Below are positions 27,309 through 38,645 of a stretch of 64,000 nucleotides of DNA, one piece after another. A program made the translations under genes and the position numbers. Origin of the DNA: Candidatus Latescibacterota bacterium (lineage in GTDB: Bacteria; Latescibacterota; UBA2968); NCBI GenBank assembly GCA_965222605.1, contig OZ244960.1:608001-672000 (forward strand), in the 5' to 3' direction. Positions within the stretch are counted from its first letter, which is position 1. Every line of letters begins with the position of its first letter. The notes beneath the pieces are model-generated. The model ran no database searches, was not told where the DNA came from, and was given only the letters and a program-made list of their open reading frames with translations.

Positions 27309-27684
27309 TCATCGTCCTCTCAAAGCGCAAACCCGCCGCACGGCAGAACAAAATCGTCCTCCTCAACGCCAGCGCGTGCGTAAGGGCCGACCAAAAAACT
27401 ATATCCCGGAAGAAGACCTGCGCCCACTCGCAGCAGCCTATCTCAAAGGCGAACCAGTCGAGGGTGAGATCGCAGTCATAACGCGGGAGCAAGCAGAGGA
27501 AGCAGACTATAACCTCAGCCCAAGCCGATGGGTTTTAGGAATAGAGAACAATGAAGTATCTTCAGTCAAGGAATTAATTGATCAACTCGCCACGCTATCA
27601 AAAGAGCAATTCGAGCATGATGAAAAACTATTTGCACTCTTGAAGCCACTAACTGATGGAACGCTCAATGTCGCTACTGACTGA
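27299..27684 (+). pseudogene. Second hsdM 3' fragment with a different C-terminal tail
   Basis: 235-bp repeat of 26540-26778 with a 4-bp deletion, then a divergent tail overlapping the hsdS start. Confidence 0.8.
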
Positions 27685-28915
27685 ATGGGGCCAGTGTCGC
27701 TTAAGTGAGGTAACTATTCCGGCAACGAAATGGAATCCTCGCCTCAATCTCCGTCCTTCAATCCGTTATATCGATGTTTCGGCTGTCTCTCGGGATGAAC
27801 TCAGGATCGTCTCTGAGACAACATACTCATCAAAGGATGCCCCAAGCCGGGCTCGCAAAATCGTAAAGACTGGAGATACAATCTTCGCAACGATCCGCCC
27901 CACTCTGCGACGAATTGCACAGATACCGTCGTCTCTGGATGGTGAAATTGTCTCCACAGCCTTTTGTGTCCTTCGACCCGATCCTCAGGTGATTGACGCG
28001 GATTTTCTCTACTTCGCTACACAGCTTGAGTACGTGATAAAGGGTATTGCTGGCATGGAGTCAGGCGCAAGCTATCCGGCGGTGAGGGATGTTGACGTTC
28101 TCGATCAAGTAATTTCACTTCCTCCTTTGCTTGAGCAACGGGAAATTGCCACAGTTCTCAACACCATACGCACTGCTTTGCTTCATCAAACCAAATGTGA
28201 AGAGAACGCAACCGCTCTCAAACGCGCTACGATGCAAGAGGTATTCACTCAGGGCCTGCGGGGCGAAGCGCAGAAGGAAACCGAAATCGGTCCGGTACCG
28301 GAGAGTTGGAACTTGTCAACGCTGGGAACACTTTGCGAAAACACTAATCCTGTTGATATCCGATCCGAGGCTGACCGGGTGATTGAGTATGTAGATGTCT
28401 CCTCCATCTCCCGCGATTATATGTGCATAGAAAATACGTCCCGATTCATACTCAGAGAAGCTCCCGGTCGTGCTAGAAAACGCATTTTGACTGGCGACGT
28501 TATATTTGCGACTGTGCGACCCACGCTCCTGCGTGTTGCCGTTATCCCCGAGGAACTGGACAATCAGGTTTGCTCCACTGCGTTCTGTGTCTTGCGCCGG
28601 GACAGCAAGATGAGCATCCACAATTTCATCTACTACGTCGTGCAACGGGACCAGTTTATCCAGCAACTCGCCGAGATTGAAACTGGTGCTAGTTACCCGG
28701 CTGTAACAGATCGGATAGTCAAGGAACAGATAGTTCCGGTGCCGAGCCTAGATGAACAGTGCGAAATCGTCGCCATCCTCAACACCATTGACCGCAAGAT
28801 TGACCTGCACCGAAGGAAACGCGCAGTGCTTGACGACCTGTTCAAAGCACTGCTGCACAAGCTGATGACGGGTGAGATTCGCGTAGGTGATCTTGCCCTG
28901 ACGAATAATGAGTGA
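27656..28915 (+). CDS. hsdS: Type I R-M specificity subunit
   Basis: Two TRDs, [10 protein letters not shown] and [34 protein letters not shown]. Confidence 0.93.
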   Translation: MERSMSLLTEWGQCRLSEVTIPATKWNPRLNLRPSIRYIDVSAVSRDELRIVSETTYSSKDAPSRARKIVKTGDTIFATIRPTLRRIAQIPSSLDGEIVSTAFCVLRPDPQVIDADFLYFATQLEYVIKGIAGMESGASYPAVRDVDVLDQVISLPPLLEQREIATVLNTIRTALLHQTKCEENATALKRATMQEVFTQGLRGEAQKETEIGPVPESWNLSTLGTLCENTNPVDIRSEADRVIEYVDVSSISRDYMCIENTSRFILREAPGRARKRILTGDVIFATVRPTLLRVAVIPEELDNQVCSTAFCVLRRDSKMSIHNFIYYVVQRDQFIQQLAEIETGASYPAVTDRIVKEQIVPVPSLDEQCEIVAILNTIDRKIDLHRRKRAVLDDLFKALLHKLMTGEIRVGDLALTNNE

Positions 28916-28988
28916 AAGTAGGGTATTGAACTGACCTCATCACTGATACCGCAACCGACAAAATTAGCATCCAGAAGGAAAATTCACC

Positions 28989-30743
28989 GTGAATATTGAT
29001 TCCATATACTTCAAGGGACATCTTTGCTTTCAAAAAGAGTGGGCTGGATTCGACACAATCGAGCCTATCAACGTCATTATAGGACGCAATAACTCAGGAA
29101 AATCGCACCTTTTGGATTTGGTTGAAGCATTATTTAGCAAAGACAAAATTGACAGACAAAATTGGCAATATCGATGTAGTGGCGCATTAGACGAGGAGTC
29201 ATTGAGAAGTGTACTTCCCCATTACATAGGCGATGAACAAGAAGGAATTTTCTTGACCGATGAAGATCAAAAAGATCAATGGTATAAATTTTCACGACGT
29301 TTGATTGATGTTGCGATGACCTGGGAGGTTGACGCAAATGGGGATGTATTTAATGAAGTCTTCCCCGACGATTTTGAATTAGGTCCCTTTTATAATAAAT
29401 GCCTAGCCCATGAATATGTTAGAAAGGTCCTACAGCATATAAATCATCAGTTTAACGAGCATTCATTCCGCAGACTTCTCGCAGATAGAGACATTAAAAC
29501 CGAGCCAGAAGATCTTAATCTAACACTTGAACCGGATGGAAATGGTGCTTCCAACATAGTACGGCGTTTCCTCCTTACCGCCAACGAGGAATTTCCGGGA
29601 GAGGTGATCAAACAGGAACTTCTGGATGCTCTGAATTTCATTTTTGGAAATGACGGCGAGTTTTCAGAAATCACGGTACAAGTTCATGATGATGAAAAAT
29701 CAGATGGGACAAAAGGGCATTGGGAAATCTATCTCCGTGAAGATAAAAAGGGCTTGATTTCCTTGAGCAAATCGGGAAGCGGGCTGAAGACTATTCTTCT
29801 AGTTCTGCTGAACTTATTGGTCGTGCCCAAGGCCAAGATAGAGGAGAACAGAAACAGATCTGATTTTGTATTCGCTTTCGAAGAACTCGAAAACAATCTT
29901 CATCCAGCACTTCTGCGGCGGCTTTTTCAGTATATTGAAAAATACGCTATCAATGAAAACGCACATATTTTTTTAACAACTCATTCAAGCACGGCATTGG
30001 ACTTCTTTAGTCTCTCAAATAATGCTCAAATAATCCATGTTTTACATGATGGCGAGTCGGCTCGCACGACAACAGTTTCCGCACACTTTGATCGCCTCAG
30101 AGTAGTATATGAATTGGGTGCGAAACCATCGGATTTGCTCCAGGCAAATGGCATAGTTTGGGTGGAAGGACCGTCGGACAGAATTTATCTCAATCGCTGG
30201 ATTGACCTCTACTCGAAAGGTCGTTTTCAGGAGGGTCGGGATTATCAGTGTGCATTCTACGGCGGAGCGCTTTTGGCACGGACACAATTCAAGGCTCCCG
30301 AGGAAGCAGAAGCTGATCTTGTAAATCTGCTCCGGGTTAATCCAAATATCATTGTTGTGTGTGATGGGGACCGAGTCTCCAAAGACTCTGAGATAAAAGG
30401 TAGGGTGAAGAGGATTAATACGGAGGTACAAAAAATACCTGATGCTCATATTTGGATAACCGATGCTAAGGAAATTGAAAATTATATTCCCGGTTCTGTT
30501 CTCGAGAGGGCATTAGACCGTTCAGGTCTTCGTGATCCTGAACAGTATGAGAACTTCTTTCCCCTTAAAAAAGCATGTTCCGAGTCATATATCGAAGCCA
30601 ACCTGAATCGGCGTAATGTCGATAAGGTGGATTTAGCCATGTCAAGTGTTCAGTACATGGAAAACGGCATAATGGCAAAGCGATTTGATTGGGAAGAACA
30701 GATGAAGAAAATTGTTGCTCGTATAAAATCCTGGAATTCTTGA
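28989..30743 (+). CDS. OLD-family ATP-dependent endonuclease (ABC ATPase + TOPRIM)
   Basis: GRNNSGKS, SGSG, FEELENNLHP, TTHS, VEGPSD, DGD. Confidence 0.88.
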   Translation: MNIDSIYFKGHLCFQKEWAGFDTIEPINVIIGRNNSGKSHLLDLVEALFSKDKIDRQNWQYRCSGALDEESLRSVLPHYIGDEQEGIFLTDEDQKDQWYKFSRRLIDVAMTWEVDANGDVFNEVFPDDFELGPFYNKCLAHEYVRKVLQHINHQFNEHSFRRLLADRDIKTEPEDLNLTLEPDGNGASNIVRRFLLTANEEFPGEVIKQELLDALNFIFGNDGEFSEITVQVHDDEKSDGTKGHWEIYLREDKKGLISLSKSGSGLKTILLVLLNLLVVPKAKIEENRNRSDFVFAFEELENNLHPALLRRLFQYIEKYAINENAHIFLTTHSSTALDFFSLSNNAQIIHVLHDGESARTTTVSAHFDRLRVVYELGAKPSDLLQANGIVWVEGPSDRIYLNRWIDLYSKGRFQEGRDYQCAFYGGALLARTQFKAPEEAEADLVNLLRVNPNIIVVCDGDRVSKDSEIKGRVKRINTEVQKIPDAHIWITDAKEIENYIPGSVLERALDRSGLRDPEQYENFFPLKKACSESYIEANLNRRNVDKVDLAMSSVQYMENGIMAKRFDWEEQMKKIVARIKSWNS

Positions 30744-30875
30744 AGAGCCTGCATCGTAACCAGCGAATATGAGATATTGGAGTGCAAGAACACAACAAAA
30801 ACTCGGTAGGAAGCGGCTATACAAAGGGATCGCGATTGAGGCTACCCAATGCACATCTATCGCAGGAGGTGAGAG

Positions 30876-31062
30876 GTGTTAAAGGAACATGAACAGATCG
30901 TATTCACTCATCCACATCCACCCGGATGAAGAAGCCCTTGTAGTGGAGTTCATGTCCCTCAATGGCGACACAGTGGCCATCGCGACGGTGTTGCTGTCAC
31001 AGGCGCGCCCTGTGACCAACGCGGACCTCACACATGCGAGAACAGTTCTGGCGGCCGTCTGA
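30876..31062 (+). pseudogene. DUF4926-like gene with internal deletion and frameshift
   Basis: GTG-LKEHEQIVFT, then in another frame IHIHPDEEALVVEFMSLNGDTVAIATVLLSQARPV..*. Confidence 0.65.
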
Positions 31063-31377
31063 TCGCTTTTGTATCGATTTCGGCAACAGTGTCGCAGATT
31101 TTCGACGGTGAGAAGATTTCCGAGACAGCGTTGCGGATTTTATCCAATCCGTCAATAGGAAAGATGCGACAGACAGTGTCTGTTAAATCTACTGAACACG
31201 TTGAGAGTTCATAGACGCTGTCTGCGAAAAATTGGAGTACTTAGCATTTGTTGACGAAATTCCTGCAATTGGACCGACACCGTCGGACGAATCTGTTTCC
31301 CTACCACCAGCCGCATTGCGTCTCTTGAAAGACGCAATTATGGAGGAATGAACCTGTAGTATGACCCAGATGAGGAT

Positions 31378-32781
31378 ATGGCCATGACCCTTGATGAAAT
31401 CTCAACGTTGGCCCAAACCGGTGAATCCGAAACGCTGGAGTTCAAGCGCACGACGGGAACTCGGCGGGAAGCGGCCAGAACCATTTGTGCCATGCTCAAC
31501 CAGCGCGGCGGACAGGTATTGTTCGGTGTGACATCAGAAGGAAATGTGGTTGGGCAACAGGTGAGCGAACGTACCATCGAGGGGTTGAGTGCCGAACTTC
31601 AGAGAATAGATCCCCCGGCGTTTCCAACGGTTGAGCGAGTACCCACAGCGGAAGGTCGCGAGGTGCTTGTGGTTCGCGTAAGTCAAGGGACAGCGCGACC
31701 TTATGCGTACCGCGGCACCGCCTATCGTCGGGTTGGAAATACCACTGTAGCGATGTCGGCTGACGAGTACAACCAAATGCTCTTCGAGCGTATGCACAGC
31801 GAGCAGCGCTGGGAAAATCAACCCGCTACTGGATGGACGGTAGATGATCTGGATGTGGGAGAAATTCGACGCACAGTGGCAGAGGCAGTTCGACGAGGCC
31901 GACTGGAGGAGCCTCTGAGTCGGGAGCCAGCGGATCTCTTGCGCGGACTTGGACTTTTGCGTGACGGTGTGTTGTTCCGAGCAGCGGTGGTGTTGTTCGG
32001 CAAAGCCGAGCGCATCGAGTTCGATATGCCGCAGTGTCTGCTTCGCGTAGCCCGTTTCCGCGGTCTCGACAAGATGGCGTTCCTGGACAATCGCCAGTTC
32101 AATGGCAACGCTTTCGCACTGCTCGCCAGCGCAGAACGTTTCCTGCGCGACACCTTGCCAATCGCCGGTCGGTTCGAGCCGGGCCGCTTTGAGCGTATAG
32201 ACGAACCACTCTATCCGCCTTTAGCCACGCGCGAAGCACTGGCAAACGCGCTGTGCCATCGCGACTATTCGATTGGCGGTGGCTCAGTAGGGGTGGCGAT
32301 CTACGACGACCGCCTGGAGGTGACATCCTCTGGCTCACTCCACTTCGGGTTGACCCCAGAGAAACTGTTTGCACCACACGAATCGCGGCCCTGGAATCCA
32401 CTAATCGCTGGTACTTTCTACCGTCGTGGCGTCATTGAAAGGTGGGGAAGTGGGACCCTCAAGATCGCGGAGCATGTGAGTGCAGCGGGTCTTCCGCCCC
32501 CTGAGATAGAGGATGACGGAGGGTGTGTCACTGTGCGCTTCCGACACGGCCAATTCGTACCGCAACAGCCCACCGGAAGAGGAACAGTCGAACGGCAAGA
32601 GGCCATTTTTGCTCTTCTGGAACGTGCGGAGGACGGTCTGATGCGCGGCGAGATTCGCGCGCAGTTGGATCCTGCTATCAGTGAGCGTCAACTACGAAGG
32701 GCACTGGAAGAATTGAGAGAAAAAGGGTTGGTCGTGTCCACGGGTCGCGGACTGTCCGCACGCTGGAAACGCAAGGTATAG
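31378..32781 (+). CDS. Schlafen/AlbA_2 + HATPase_c_4 (RecG-C-like) + wHTH protein
   Basis: ESETLEFK, CAMLNQRGG..FGV, REALANALCHRDY, ERWGSG, C-terminal HTH. Confidence 0.88.
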   Translation: MAMTLDEISTLAQTGESETLEFKRTTGTRREAARTICAMLNQRGGQVLFGVTSEGNVVGQQVSERTIEGLSAELQRIDPPAFPTVERVPTAEGREVLVVRVSQGTARPYAYRGTAYRRVGNTTVAMSADEYNQMLFERMHSEQRWENQPATGWTVDDLDVGEIRRTVAEAVRRGRLEEPLSREPADLLRGLGLLRDGVLFRAAVVLFGKAERIEFDMPQCLLRVARFRGLDKMAFLDNRQFNGNAFALLASAERFLRDTLPIAGRFEPGRFERIDEPLYPPLATREALANALCHRDYSIGGGSVGVAIYDDRLEVTSSGSLHFGLTPEKLFAPHESRPWNPLIAGTFYRRGVIERWGSGTLKIAEHVSAAGLPPPEIEDDGGCVTVRFRHGQFVPQQPTGRGTVERQEAIFALLERAEDGLMRGEIRAQLDPAISERQLRRALEELREKGLVVSTGRGLSARWKRKV

Positions 32782-32823
32782 AGTTGATGTATATTGGCCC
32801 GATGTGCAGACGGTCTGGAGACA

Positions 32824-32878
32824 GGGGCACTATTGGGGCACTATTGGGGCACTATTGGGGCACTATTGGGGCACTATT
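32824..32878 (+). repeat. Tandem repeat (GGGGCACTATT)x5
   Basis: Five perfect 11-bp copies, 83 bp upstream of hsdR. Confidence 0.95.
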
Positions 32879-32961
32879 CCGAACTCACGACTTTCGATAC
32901 AAGTGCAAGGTGATCCTTACCGATTACTCGTATGCCCCAGATTTCTACATGAGGTAAACAG

Positions 32962-35907
32962 ATGACCGACCTAAAAATCACAGAGGCTGGCACTGTCCAA
33001 TTCCCCATGGTTCGCCACGCAGCCGAGATCAGTTGGACCGCGATATCGCCCATTGTTGCCAGACAGAAACGCGGCGATGAAACGGGGTTGCTATTTCGTG
33101 ACGAACTCGAAACAAAGCTCACCGAGTTCAATCCGTGGATGTCTTCCGATACCATACGTCAGATCATTGAGCGGATAGAGGCAATTCCACCGACGATTGA
33201 GGGAAACCGCGAGATGCTTAGTTGGCTACGCGGTGAGCGGCAATGGTACGACGAGGATGAAGAGCGTCATCCACACGTACAGTTAATCGACTTTGACACA
33301 CCAAGTGCCAACGTTTTTTACGTCACATGGGAATGGAAACTCAAACCTCCGTCCCGAAAGGGCAACCGGGCAGACGTAATGTTTGTCATCAACGGCGTGC
33401 CAGTCGCCATTGTCGAACACAAGAACCCAACAGATAGCAATGCTATTGAACGGGGTATCACCCAGTTGCGACGCTACGAAATGGAGACGCCCGAGTTGAT
33501 GGGAACCGCGCAACTTTTCAACGTCACACATCTCCTCGAATACTGGTACGGTGTCACCTGGAACGCCTCGCGCCGCTTCATGGCACGTTGGAAGGAACGC
33601 CCGGATGAGACTTATCAATTCGCTGTACAGTCCTTCTTTGAGCCAACAGATTTTCTACGCACACTGCGAGACTGGATACTTTTCTATGTCGAAGATGGCG
33701 AGACCCGGAAATCTATACTGCGCCAGCATCAACGCCGCGCAATTGACCGCATTCTCGAACGCTGTGCCGAACCATCCAGACGTCGGGGGTTAATATGGCA
33801 CACCCAGGGATCCGGTAAAACCTTTACACTACTCACCGCCGCACGGCTGATTCTGGAACACAAGGATCGATTCCACACGCCGACCGTGGTGGTAGTCGTA
33901 GATCGCAGAGAACTCGAAGGACAGCTCAAGGAATGGGTTGAACGCCTGCTCGGTGAGATGCAACAACAGGACATCGCGGTATGGCGAGCAAACTCCAGGG
34001 ACGACCTTCGGGACATGCTCAAAACCGACAAACGCGGCTTGATCCTATCCATGATCCACAAGTTTGAGGGCATTGAACAAAACGCCAACATCCGCGACAA
34101 TATCTATGTTTTCATAGACGAGGCGCACCGCTCAGTCGCCAAAGACCTGGGCACTTATCTGATGGCGGCGGTCCCAAATGCTACCATCATCGGTTTTACC
34201 GGCACACCGATCGCTCAGACAGAGCAGGGGAAAGGCACTTTCAAAATTTTTGGCGTTGAAGACGAGCAAGGTTATCTCGATAAGTATTCGATCAGTGAGT
34301 CTATAGAAGACGAAACAACGCTACCGATCCGCCATACTATGGCACCGAGTGAAATGACTGTGCCAACTGAGCAACTCGATAAAGAATTCTTTGAACTTGC
34401 TCAAGCCGAAGGTGTTACCGATGTCGATGAACTCAATAAGGTCCTCGACCAGGCCGTGGGCTTACGCACCTTTCTGACTGCTGATGATCGCATTGAAAAG
34501 ATCGCCAAATACCTAGCTGAGCACTTTGTGGAAAACGTGGCTCCACTCGGCTACAAGGCATTCATCGTGGGTGTGAACCGCGAAGCCTGCGCCAAATACA
34601 AACGCGCACTCGACAAACTCCTGCCATCCGACTGGACAGCACCTGTCTATACAGAGAATACTTCCGACATCATCGACCGCCCCCTCGTTGCGGAACTCCA
34701 ACTCACTGAGGACCAGGAGGCGGACACGCGCCGTCTGTTTAAGAAGGCGGATGAGAACCCAAAGATCCTCATTGTAACCGACAAATTGCTGACGGGCTAC
34801 GACGCGCCGCTTCTCTATTGCATGTATCTCGACAAGCCAATGCGCGATCACGTCCTCTTACAGGCTATTGCGCGCGTGAACCGCCCGCATGTGGACGCGA
34901 ACGGCACCCGCAAGCCCATCGGCCTCATTGTCGATTTCGTCGGCGTGCTCCGCGAACTGAGAAAAGCATTGCGATTCGACTCATCCGACGTCAGCGGTGT
35001 GATTGAGGATATCGGTCTGCTGTTAAATGACTTTCTGAACAAGATAGAAAAGGCAAAAACGGACTACCTCACTATTTGGGGAAACAGCGGTGCAGACGAG
35101 AGTCTCGAAAGGATTGTCTATGGACGCTTCTTCGACGCGGAATCGCGCAAAGCGTTTTTCGAAGCCTACAAGGATATTGAGGCACTTTGGGAGATTTTAT
35201 CGCCCTCGCCGGACCTGCGCGACCACATTGAGACCTACAAGCGACTCGCCCATCTTTATTTTGCTGTTCGGAATGCCTATGCTACCAGCACTAACCCCGT
35301 GATAGACTTAGCCAACAAGACGCGCTCCCTGGTCCAGGAGAGCGCTACCCAGGAAGGTCTCGGCTACCTGACGAAAACAGCGACATTCGACGTAAACACT
35401 CTCGAAACACTCCGAAACGAGTCTGGCTCACAAGAGGCCAACGTGTTCAACCTCGTGCGCGGCTTGCGGCAGGAAGTTGAACAAGAATCGGAAATGGCGT
35501 CTGTACTGCTGCCTTTGAAAGAACGCGCTGAACGCATTTTGAAGGACTTGGAGGATCGCAAAATAACCGCACTCCAGGCAATGGATCAGTTAGATATCCT
35601 TGCTAGAGAAAAAGAGGAAGCTGTCGAGGCTGCAGAGAACAGCGGACTTTCGCCGCGTGCATTTGGTATTCATTTGGCACTGAAGGACGATCCGAATATG
35701 GAGGCTATCGGCATATCGACATTGAACGTGGCGCAGGAAGTGGAAACGCTTCTCAACCGCTTTCCCAATGCGGCTGTCAACGCCGACGAACAACGGCGGC
35801 TACGTGCGGCTCTCTATCTCCCGCTTCTGCGACTGGACAAGGATGAACGCAGCCGCGTCGTGGATCGCGTCCTTTCAATTCTTCTGGACACAGATACCGA
35901 TGAGTAG
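32962..35907 (+). CDS. hsdR: Type I R-M restriction subunit
   Basis: RADV..VEHK nuclease motif; HTQGSGKT; DEAHR; GFTGTP; LLTGYD; QAIARVNR. Confidence 0.95.
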   Translation: MTDLKITEAGTVQFPMVRHAAEISWTAISPIVARQKRGDETGLLFRDELETKLTEFNPWMSSDTIRQIIERIEAIPPTIEGNREMLSWLRGERQWYDEDEERHPHVQLIDFDTPSANVFYVTWEWKLKPPSRKGNRADVMFVINGVPVAIVEHKNPTDSNAIERGITQLRRYEMETPELMGTAQLFNVTHLLEYWYGVTWNASRRFMARWKERPDETYQFAVQSFFEPTDFLRTLRDWILFYVEDGETRKSILRQHQRRAIDRILERCAEPSRRRGLIWHTQGSGKTFTLLTAARLILEHKDRFHTPTVVVVVDRRELEGQLKEWVERLLGEMQQQDIAVWRANSRDDLRDMLKTDKRGLILSMIHKFEGIEQNANIRDNIYVFIDEAHRSVAKDLGTYLMAAVPNATIIGFTGTPIAQTEQGKGTFKIFGVEDEQGYLDKYSISESIEDETTLPIRHTMAPSEMTVPTEQLDKEFFELAQAEGVTDVDELNKVLDQAVGLRTFLTADDRIEKIAKYLAEHFVENVAPLGYKAFIVGVNREACAKYKRALDKLLPSDWTAPVYTENTSDIIDRPLVAELQLTEDQEADTRRLFKKADENPKILIVTDKLLTGYDAPLLYCMYLDKPMRDHVLLQAIARVNRPHVDANGTRKPIGLIVDFVGVLRELRKALRFDSSDVSGVIEDIGLLLNDFLNKIEKAKTDYLTIWGNSGADESLERIVYGRFFDAESRKAFFEAYKDIEALWEILSPSPDLRDHIETYKRLAHLYFAVRNAYATSTNPVIDLANKTRSLVQESATQEGLGYLTKTATFDVNTLETLRNESGSQEANVFNLVRGLRQEVEQESEMASVLLPLKERAERILKDLEDRKITALQAMDQLDILAREKEEAVEAAENSGLSPRAFGIHLALKDDPNMEAIGISTLNVAQEVETLLNRFPNAAVNADEQRRLRAALYLPLLRLDKDERSRVVDRVLSILLDTDTDE

Positions 35908-36193
35908 CGATCAACGCAAGGTCATCCGCACCCGCGTCGAATACTGGACGCGGCGATTGAACGTCCGTCCCCGGCAGATTCGCGTTCAACACATGACCCG
36001 GAAGTGGGGTTCTTGCTCAACATCCGGGATTATCACACTCGCCATTGATCTGGCTGATCGGGAAGTGGGATTTCAAGACTTCGTCATCGCACACGAGTTG
36101 TTGCATCTTCGCGTTCCCAACCATGGAAGATTATTTAAGGCATTGATGACCGTTCATGTGCCTGAGTGGAAGAAATACAACATCACAAAATAG
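35900..36193 (+). CDS. Short M48/YgjP (DUF45) metallopeptidase-domain protein
   Basis: KWGSCS, HELLHL..NH; overlaps the hsdR stop. Confidence 0.85.
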   Translation: MSSDQRKVIRTRVEYWTRRLNVRPRQIRVQHMTRKWGSCSTSGIITLAIDLADREVGFQDFVIAHELLHLRVPNHGRLFKALMTVHVPEWKKYNITK

Positions 36194-36478
36194 AGCACTG
36201 TTTACGGTTCAATTTTCCAATCTCATCGCTCGTTGCTGTATAAAAAAAGGCAACCGATTAGTGTGCTCTTTGGTGCCATCGATTGGCTACTCAAAGAATG
36301 GTCCAATCATATCTTGCTGATCCCAACATCTCGTGCTCTCGCTACGCTGACGGCGTCATCGCGCAGAGAGAGAATTTGGAGTTGCGAAGGTATTACAGAA
36401 TTTCAAATGGTCCCTATATCTCCCATATTCGCATACATCAAGAGATCACTATCAAATCCCGAGAGGTGACAAACAACC

Positions 36479-37657
36479 ATGTCCAATATTCTGAAAAAAC
36501 TCCGGCTTGACTTTAATCCCTTCGAGCCAGCGGCAACAGGTGCGCCCCTACATGCCAAATTGCCGCCCCCAAAAGAATTGGAATATCGAGTGAAAGAACT
36601 CCTCGACTTACATCAATCAGGAGCCGGTGGTGTAAACGCCATCGTCATCGTTGGAGAGTATGGAGCCGGAAAGACCTGCTTCCTGCAATGGCTCCATAGC
36701 GAGGTCTTTCCAAGCCGTCACATCAAATCCTTCTACTTCGATAACTCTGGAGTGCAATTTTACGACCTCGCCAATAGGTTGTTGAGTACTATCGGTCGCA
36801 AGGACTTCGCCAAATTTATCTGGGAGCTTGCTGGTGCGTATGTGACCGTTCCATATCAGGGAAGGCTTTTCCAAAAGGGCTATGAGGAATATTTGTCGAC
36901 CTGGTTTCGTCCGGGTCGCCAACAGGACTTGACGAGCCCCCTCCAAGAGGCCATCAAAAGTGCAAATGTGACCACTAACGAACAGATCGCTCACTGTCTT
37001 GCCCGGATCGTTACCGAGATTGTGAAAAAACCATATTTCGAATATCGGGACTTCATACCGAGACAGAGCGGCAGCATGGTTCCGGAAGGAGAGGAAGCAC
37101 CTTACTTCCGCGCAATATTGAAAACGATCTTACAAGGAACGAGTGCCAAAGCCATTGCATTCCTCATTGACGAATTCGAGGAAATAGGTCTTCAAAAAAG
37201 GCTCACCAGACGTGCTGCACATGATTACTTGGCAACGCTGAAACGTTTGATAAACCTCGCTCAAAGCGAACAGGTTGACTTCTGGATTGTCTTTTCAATG
37301 ACACCTGATGCTTATGAGATCACTAAGGAGCTTGAACCTTCGCTGATTGAGCGCATTTCTGACCAAATATTAAATATCGATCTCTTAACGAGTTCAGAAG
37401 CACTGGCCTTAATGAGATCACGGATAGAGGCTGCTCGATCAAGCGAGACAGACGAATCAATAGGAGATATTTTCCCGTTTCCTGATGATATTGGCTTCCG
37501 ATTCAACACCTACTCGAATCCCAGACGGCTGATAAAGACATGTTTTCGGGCAATTGCACAGGCGGATGCAGATGTTCAGCTACCATTTACTGAAGACTAT
37601 CTTCACAAAATTGAAGACGAACTTTATCCCCAATTGACTAATAACCTTTGGTGCTAG
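36479..37657 (+). CDS. P-loop ATPase; last codons replaced by an IS insertion
   Basis: NPF, GEYGAGKT, LIDEFEE, NPRRLI. Confidence 0.8.
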   Translation: MSNILKKLRLDFNPFEPAATGAPLHAKLPPPKELEYRVKELLDLHQSGAGGVNAIVIVGEYGAGKTCFLQWLHSEVFPSRHIKSFYFDNSGVQFYDLANRLLSTIGRKDFAKFIWELAGAYVTVPYQGRLFQKGYEEYLSTWFRPGRQQDLTSPLQEAIKSANVTTNEQIAHCLARIVTEIVKKPYFEYRDFIPRQSGSMVPEGEEAPYFRAILKTILQGTSAKAIAFLIDEFEEIGLQKRLTRRAAHDYLATLKRLINLAQSEQVDFWIVFSMTPDAYEITKELEPSLIERISDQILNIDLLTSSEALALMRSRIEAARSSETDESIGDIFPFPDDIGFRFNTYSNPRRLIKTCFRAIAQADADVQLPFTEDYLHKIEDELYPQLTNNLWC

Positions 37658-38544
37658 TAGATAAGAAGTTGTAAGTCGCCAGAAGTTTACCTATGCTGAA
37701 TGAGTTAGCACCTCATTCATTCACAGCAGGGAGGTAAACTTCATGACGACTGAAATGCTGATCATTGACCTGTTCTGTCGGGTAGATGATCAAACGCAAG
37801 ACCTTGAGAAACATCCTCAAGCCAAGCTCTATCCCAGCGAAGTCATCACGTTGGCCTTGCTTTTTGCGATTAAAGGGGTGGGCAATCGCGCCTATTATGA
37901 TTGGCTGATAAACGATTGGCAGCACCTGTTTCCTAACTTACCTCATCGCACGCGCTTGTTTCGCCTCTTTTTAAGGCATCAACACGCCACAAGCCGATTT
38001 TTAGCCGAAAAGAGCGTGTTGGGCATCATTGATAGCTATGGCATTGAGTTGATTCATCCGATCCGAGAAGGCAGAAGTCCTGCTCAGATCGGGAAGAAAG
38101 GCAAATCGAATTATCGCTGGATTGTCGGTGGCAAGCTCTGTCTGTTGATCAATCAATGGGGTCTCATCGTGGATTGGGACTGTCAGACAGCTAATGTTCA
38201 CGATACCACCTTCCACCATCTCATCAAGCAGGTGCAATCAGACATGGTCGTCTTTGCCGATGTCGGCTTTCAAAAAGCGCAAGACAACCCAGAAAACTTA
38301 AAAATCTGTCCGCGTGGCACTTGGAATGAGCGCATGGTGGTTGAAACCATCTTATCTATGATGACGCTCGTGTGGCATTTTAAGAAAGTCATGCATCGGG
38401 TCTGGAGCTATTTTGCAATGCGATTGGCTTTTACCATGGCCGCCTTCAATATCTTGGTACAATGGCAGGGCTTTAAACCCGATGAAGATGGGTTCATTAA
38501 CCTTGCCATCGCACACTTCAGAATATAACACTAGCACCAAAGGT
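37644..38544 (+). mobile_element. IS982-family insertion sequence, 901 bp
   Basis: Perfect 15-bp TIRs ACCTTTGGTGCTAGT / ACTAGCACCAAAGGT; 5-bp target duplication TAATA (37639-43, 38545-49). Confidence 0.88.
37743..38528 (+). CDS. IS982-family DDE transposase
   Basis: SEVITL, IIDS, GKL, NVHD, ADVGF, RMVVET. Confidence 0.85.
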   Translation: MTTEMLIIDLFCRVDDQTQDLEKHPQAKLYPSEVITLALLFAIKGVGNRAYYDWLINDWQHLFPNLPHRTRLFRLFLRHQHATSRFLAEKSVLGIIDSYGIELIHPIREGRSPAQIGKKGKSNYRWIVGGKLCLLINQWGLIVDWDCQTANVHDTTFHHLIKQVQSDMVVFADVGFQKAQDNPENLKICPRGTWNERMVVETILSMMTLVWHFKKVMHRVWSYFAMRLAFTMAAFNILVQWQGFKPDEDGFINLAIAHFRI

Positions 38545-38645
38545 TAATAGCGAGAATGGGCAACCAGGAAAGAAGAGCAAAACTTCAGGAAAGTAGTGTT
38601 TCTGGACACAATGACACTATATTCGGCTTTGTCTGGAGTACGCTA

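Noticed and set aside
28989-30743. Gabija or retron system
   Set aside because: No UvrD-like GajB or reverse transcriptase adjacent.
31080-31250. Inverted 9-mers AGACAGCGT/ACGCTGTCT as a res or att site
   Set aside because: Too short, and no recombinase nearby.
32824-32878. Possible CRISPR array
   Set aside because: 11-bp units without spacers and no cas genes.
36233-36510. Small ORFs before the ATPase
   Set aside because: No motifs or clear SD; probably spurious or decayed.
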